From the NCBI GenBank assembly GCA_029211065.1, contig JARGFK010000001.1, positions 37,265 to 101,264 on the forward strand: a stretch of 64,000 nt of DNA, given 5' to 3'. This document shows, one piece after another, positions 62,931-64,000 of the stretch. Each line of letters opens with the position of its first letter. Within the stretch, counting starts at the first letter, position 1. This DNA is from Desulfobacterales bacterium (GTDB lineage: Bacteria > Desulfobacterota > Desulfobacteria > Desulfobacterales > JARGFK01). The notes beneath the pieces are model-generated. The model was given only the letters and a program-made list of their open reading frames with translations. It was not told the DNA's origin and did not search any database. The translations under genes were made by a program, and so were the position numbers.

Positions 62931-64000
62931 ATGAGGATTCCAACCGTGAATCACAACGCAGTTCTTGTTATCGGCGGCGGAATTGCAGGGATGCAGGCCT
63001 CCATCGACCTGGCCAACATGGGGATTCAGGTGTATTTGGTGGAGAAGACCCCCAGCATCGGCGGTCGCATGGCCCAGTTGGACAAGACCTTTCCCACCAA
63101 TGACTGCGCCATGTGTATTCTGGCGCCCAAGATGATCGAATGCGCCAATCATGAGAATATCAAACTGCTGACCTACTCGGAACTCGACAGCCTGACCGGC
63201 AGGACCGGAAAATACAAGGCCCGTATTATTCGCAAAGCCCGTTTCATTGATGAAGACAAGTGCGTGGGTTGCGGCGACTGTTTAGACGGGTGCCCGATAA
63301 CGGTCAGCGACAATTTTAACGCAGGGCTGGGCCAACGCAAGGCCATCCACAAATACTTTCCCCAGGCCGTACCGTCTACCTTTACCATCACCCGCCGGGG
63401 AACAGCGCCCTGCAAGGCCGCCTGCCCGGCGCATATCAGTGTTCAGGGGTATATCGCACTGGCGGCCCAGGGCAGGTACGATGAAGCGTTGAAGTTGATC
63501 AAGGAACAAAATCCGCTCCCGGCTATTTGCGGCAGGGTGTGCCACCACCCCTGTGAATCGGTCTGCACGCGGGGACAGCTGGATGAGCCGGTGGCCATCG
63601 ATTCCATCAAGCGCTTCGTCGCGGACAGGGAACTTGATGCTGAAAAAAGATACATTCCTGAAATAAAAAACACGAAAAATGAAAAGGTTGCCGTCATCGG
63701 TTCGGGCCCGGCCGGGCTTTCCTGCGCCTATTATCTGGCCCGGGAGGGATATGGGGTAACCGTTTTTGAAAAGCTGCCCATTCCCGGCGGAATGCTGTCG
63801 GTGGGCATACCGGACTATCGCCTCCCCAGAGATGTTATTGCTGCCGAGATTCAGATTATCCGGGACATGGGCGTCGACATCCGGACCGGGGTGGATGTCG
63901 GCAGGGACATCACCATCCAGCAGCTTCGCAAAGAAGGCTATTGCGCCATCTTCCTGGGAATCGGCGCCCAGGAATGCAAGCTCATCGGGATTGAAGGCGA
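62931..64000 (+). CDS. HdrA-like FAD/FeS oxidoreductase fused to a GltD/NfnB-like NAD(P)H module, 3'-truncated by the window edge. Not in the ORF track because no stop is reached.
   Basis: My translation: MRIPTVNHNAVLVIGGGIAGMQASIDLANMG..VYLVEK.PSIGGRMAQLDKTFPTNDCAMCILAPKM, CVGCGDCLDGCP, then CKAACPAHISVQGYI...NPLPAICGRVCHHPCESVCTR and KVAVIGSGPAGLSCAYYLAREGYGVTVFEKLPIPGGML. Confidence 0.85.
   Translation, partial: MRIPTVNHNAVLVIGGGIAGMQASIDLANMGIQVYLVEKTPSIGGRMAQLDKTFPTNDCAMCILAPKMIECANHENIKLLTYSELDSLTGRTGKYKARIIRKARFIDEDKCVGCGDCLDGCPITVSDNFNAGLGQRKAIHKYFPQAVPSTFTITRRGTAPCKAACPAHISVQGYIALAAQGRYDEALKLIKEQNPLPAICGRVCHHPCESVCTRGQLDEPVAIDSIKRFVADRELDAEKRYIPEIKNTKNEKVAVIGSGPAGLSCAYYLAREGYGVTVFEKLPIPGGMLSVGIPDYRLPRDVIAAEIQIIRDMGVDIRTGVDVGRDITIQQLRKEGYCAIFLGIGAQECKLIGIEG

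Overview
The window has two parts. Nt 1-24.9 kb is a conserved, single-strand core block: rpoB (5'-truncated), rpoC, rpsL-rpsG-tuf, then the S10, spc and alpha ribosomal-protein operons with secY, infA, rpmJ, rpoA and rplQ. It ends at a clear rho-independent terminator. Nt 25-64 kb is accessory and metabolic. It holds a GctAB-like CoA-transferase with a TRAP transporter and an MFS permease, and an ~11 kb LacI-controlled D-glucarate/galactarate island (gudD, DapA-family aldolase-like gene, garR, tctCBA, garD, a mandelate-racemase-subgroup enzyme). That island is bounded by an AT-rich scar and a HigBA-like toxin-antitoxin pair. A small minus-strand block follows (flavin reductase, transglutaminase-like protein, MGMT, VOC, MshEN-like membrane protein). 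Next come ferredoxins with a MetV-like protein, a 2-hydroxyacyl-CoA dehydratase/activase gene set with two acyl-CoA synthetases and a thiolase, an ORF-free AT-rich ~1 kb stretch, and MoaD-like/IclR genes divergent from a partial HdrA/GltD-like fusion. Gene content (HdrA-like, MetV-like, BcrAD-type activase, 'cattcccgcgaaggcgggaatcc' repeats) suggests an anaerobic Desulfobacterota-type genome; this is inference only. I found no rRNA, tRNA or CRISPR array. The most unusual observation is a ~97-aa in-frame insertion in RpoC that reads like a parvulin-type peptidyl-prolyl isomerase domain. Other notable points: no fusA between rpsG and tuf, and a tuf gene with strongly deviant NNG-biased codon usage; two unlinked promoters sharing one promoter-operator layout (GTTC-N6-ATGAAC 13 nt after the -10); a sigma54-style upstream region with tandem TGCACA-N6-TGTGCA palindromes; and two small repeat families, one MITE-like. 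All calls rest on reading the sequence and on remembered family motifs. No database search was run.
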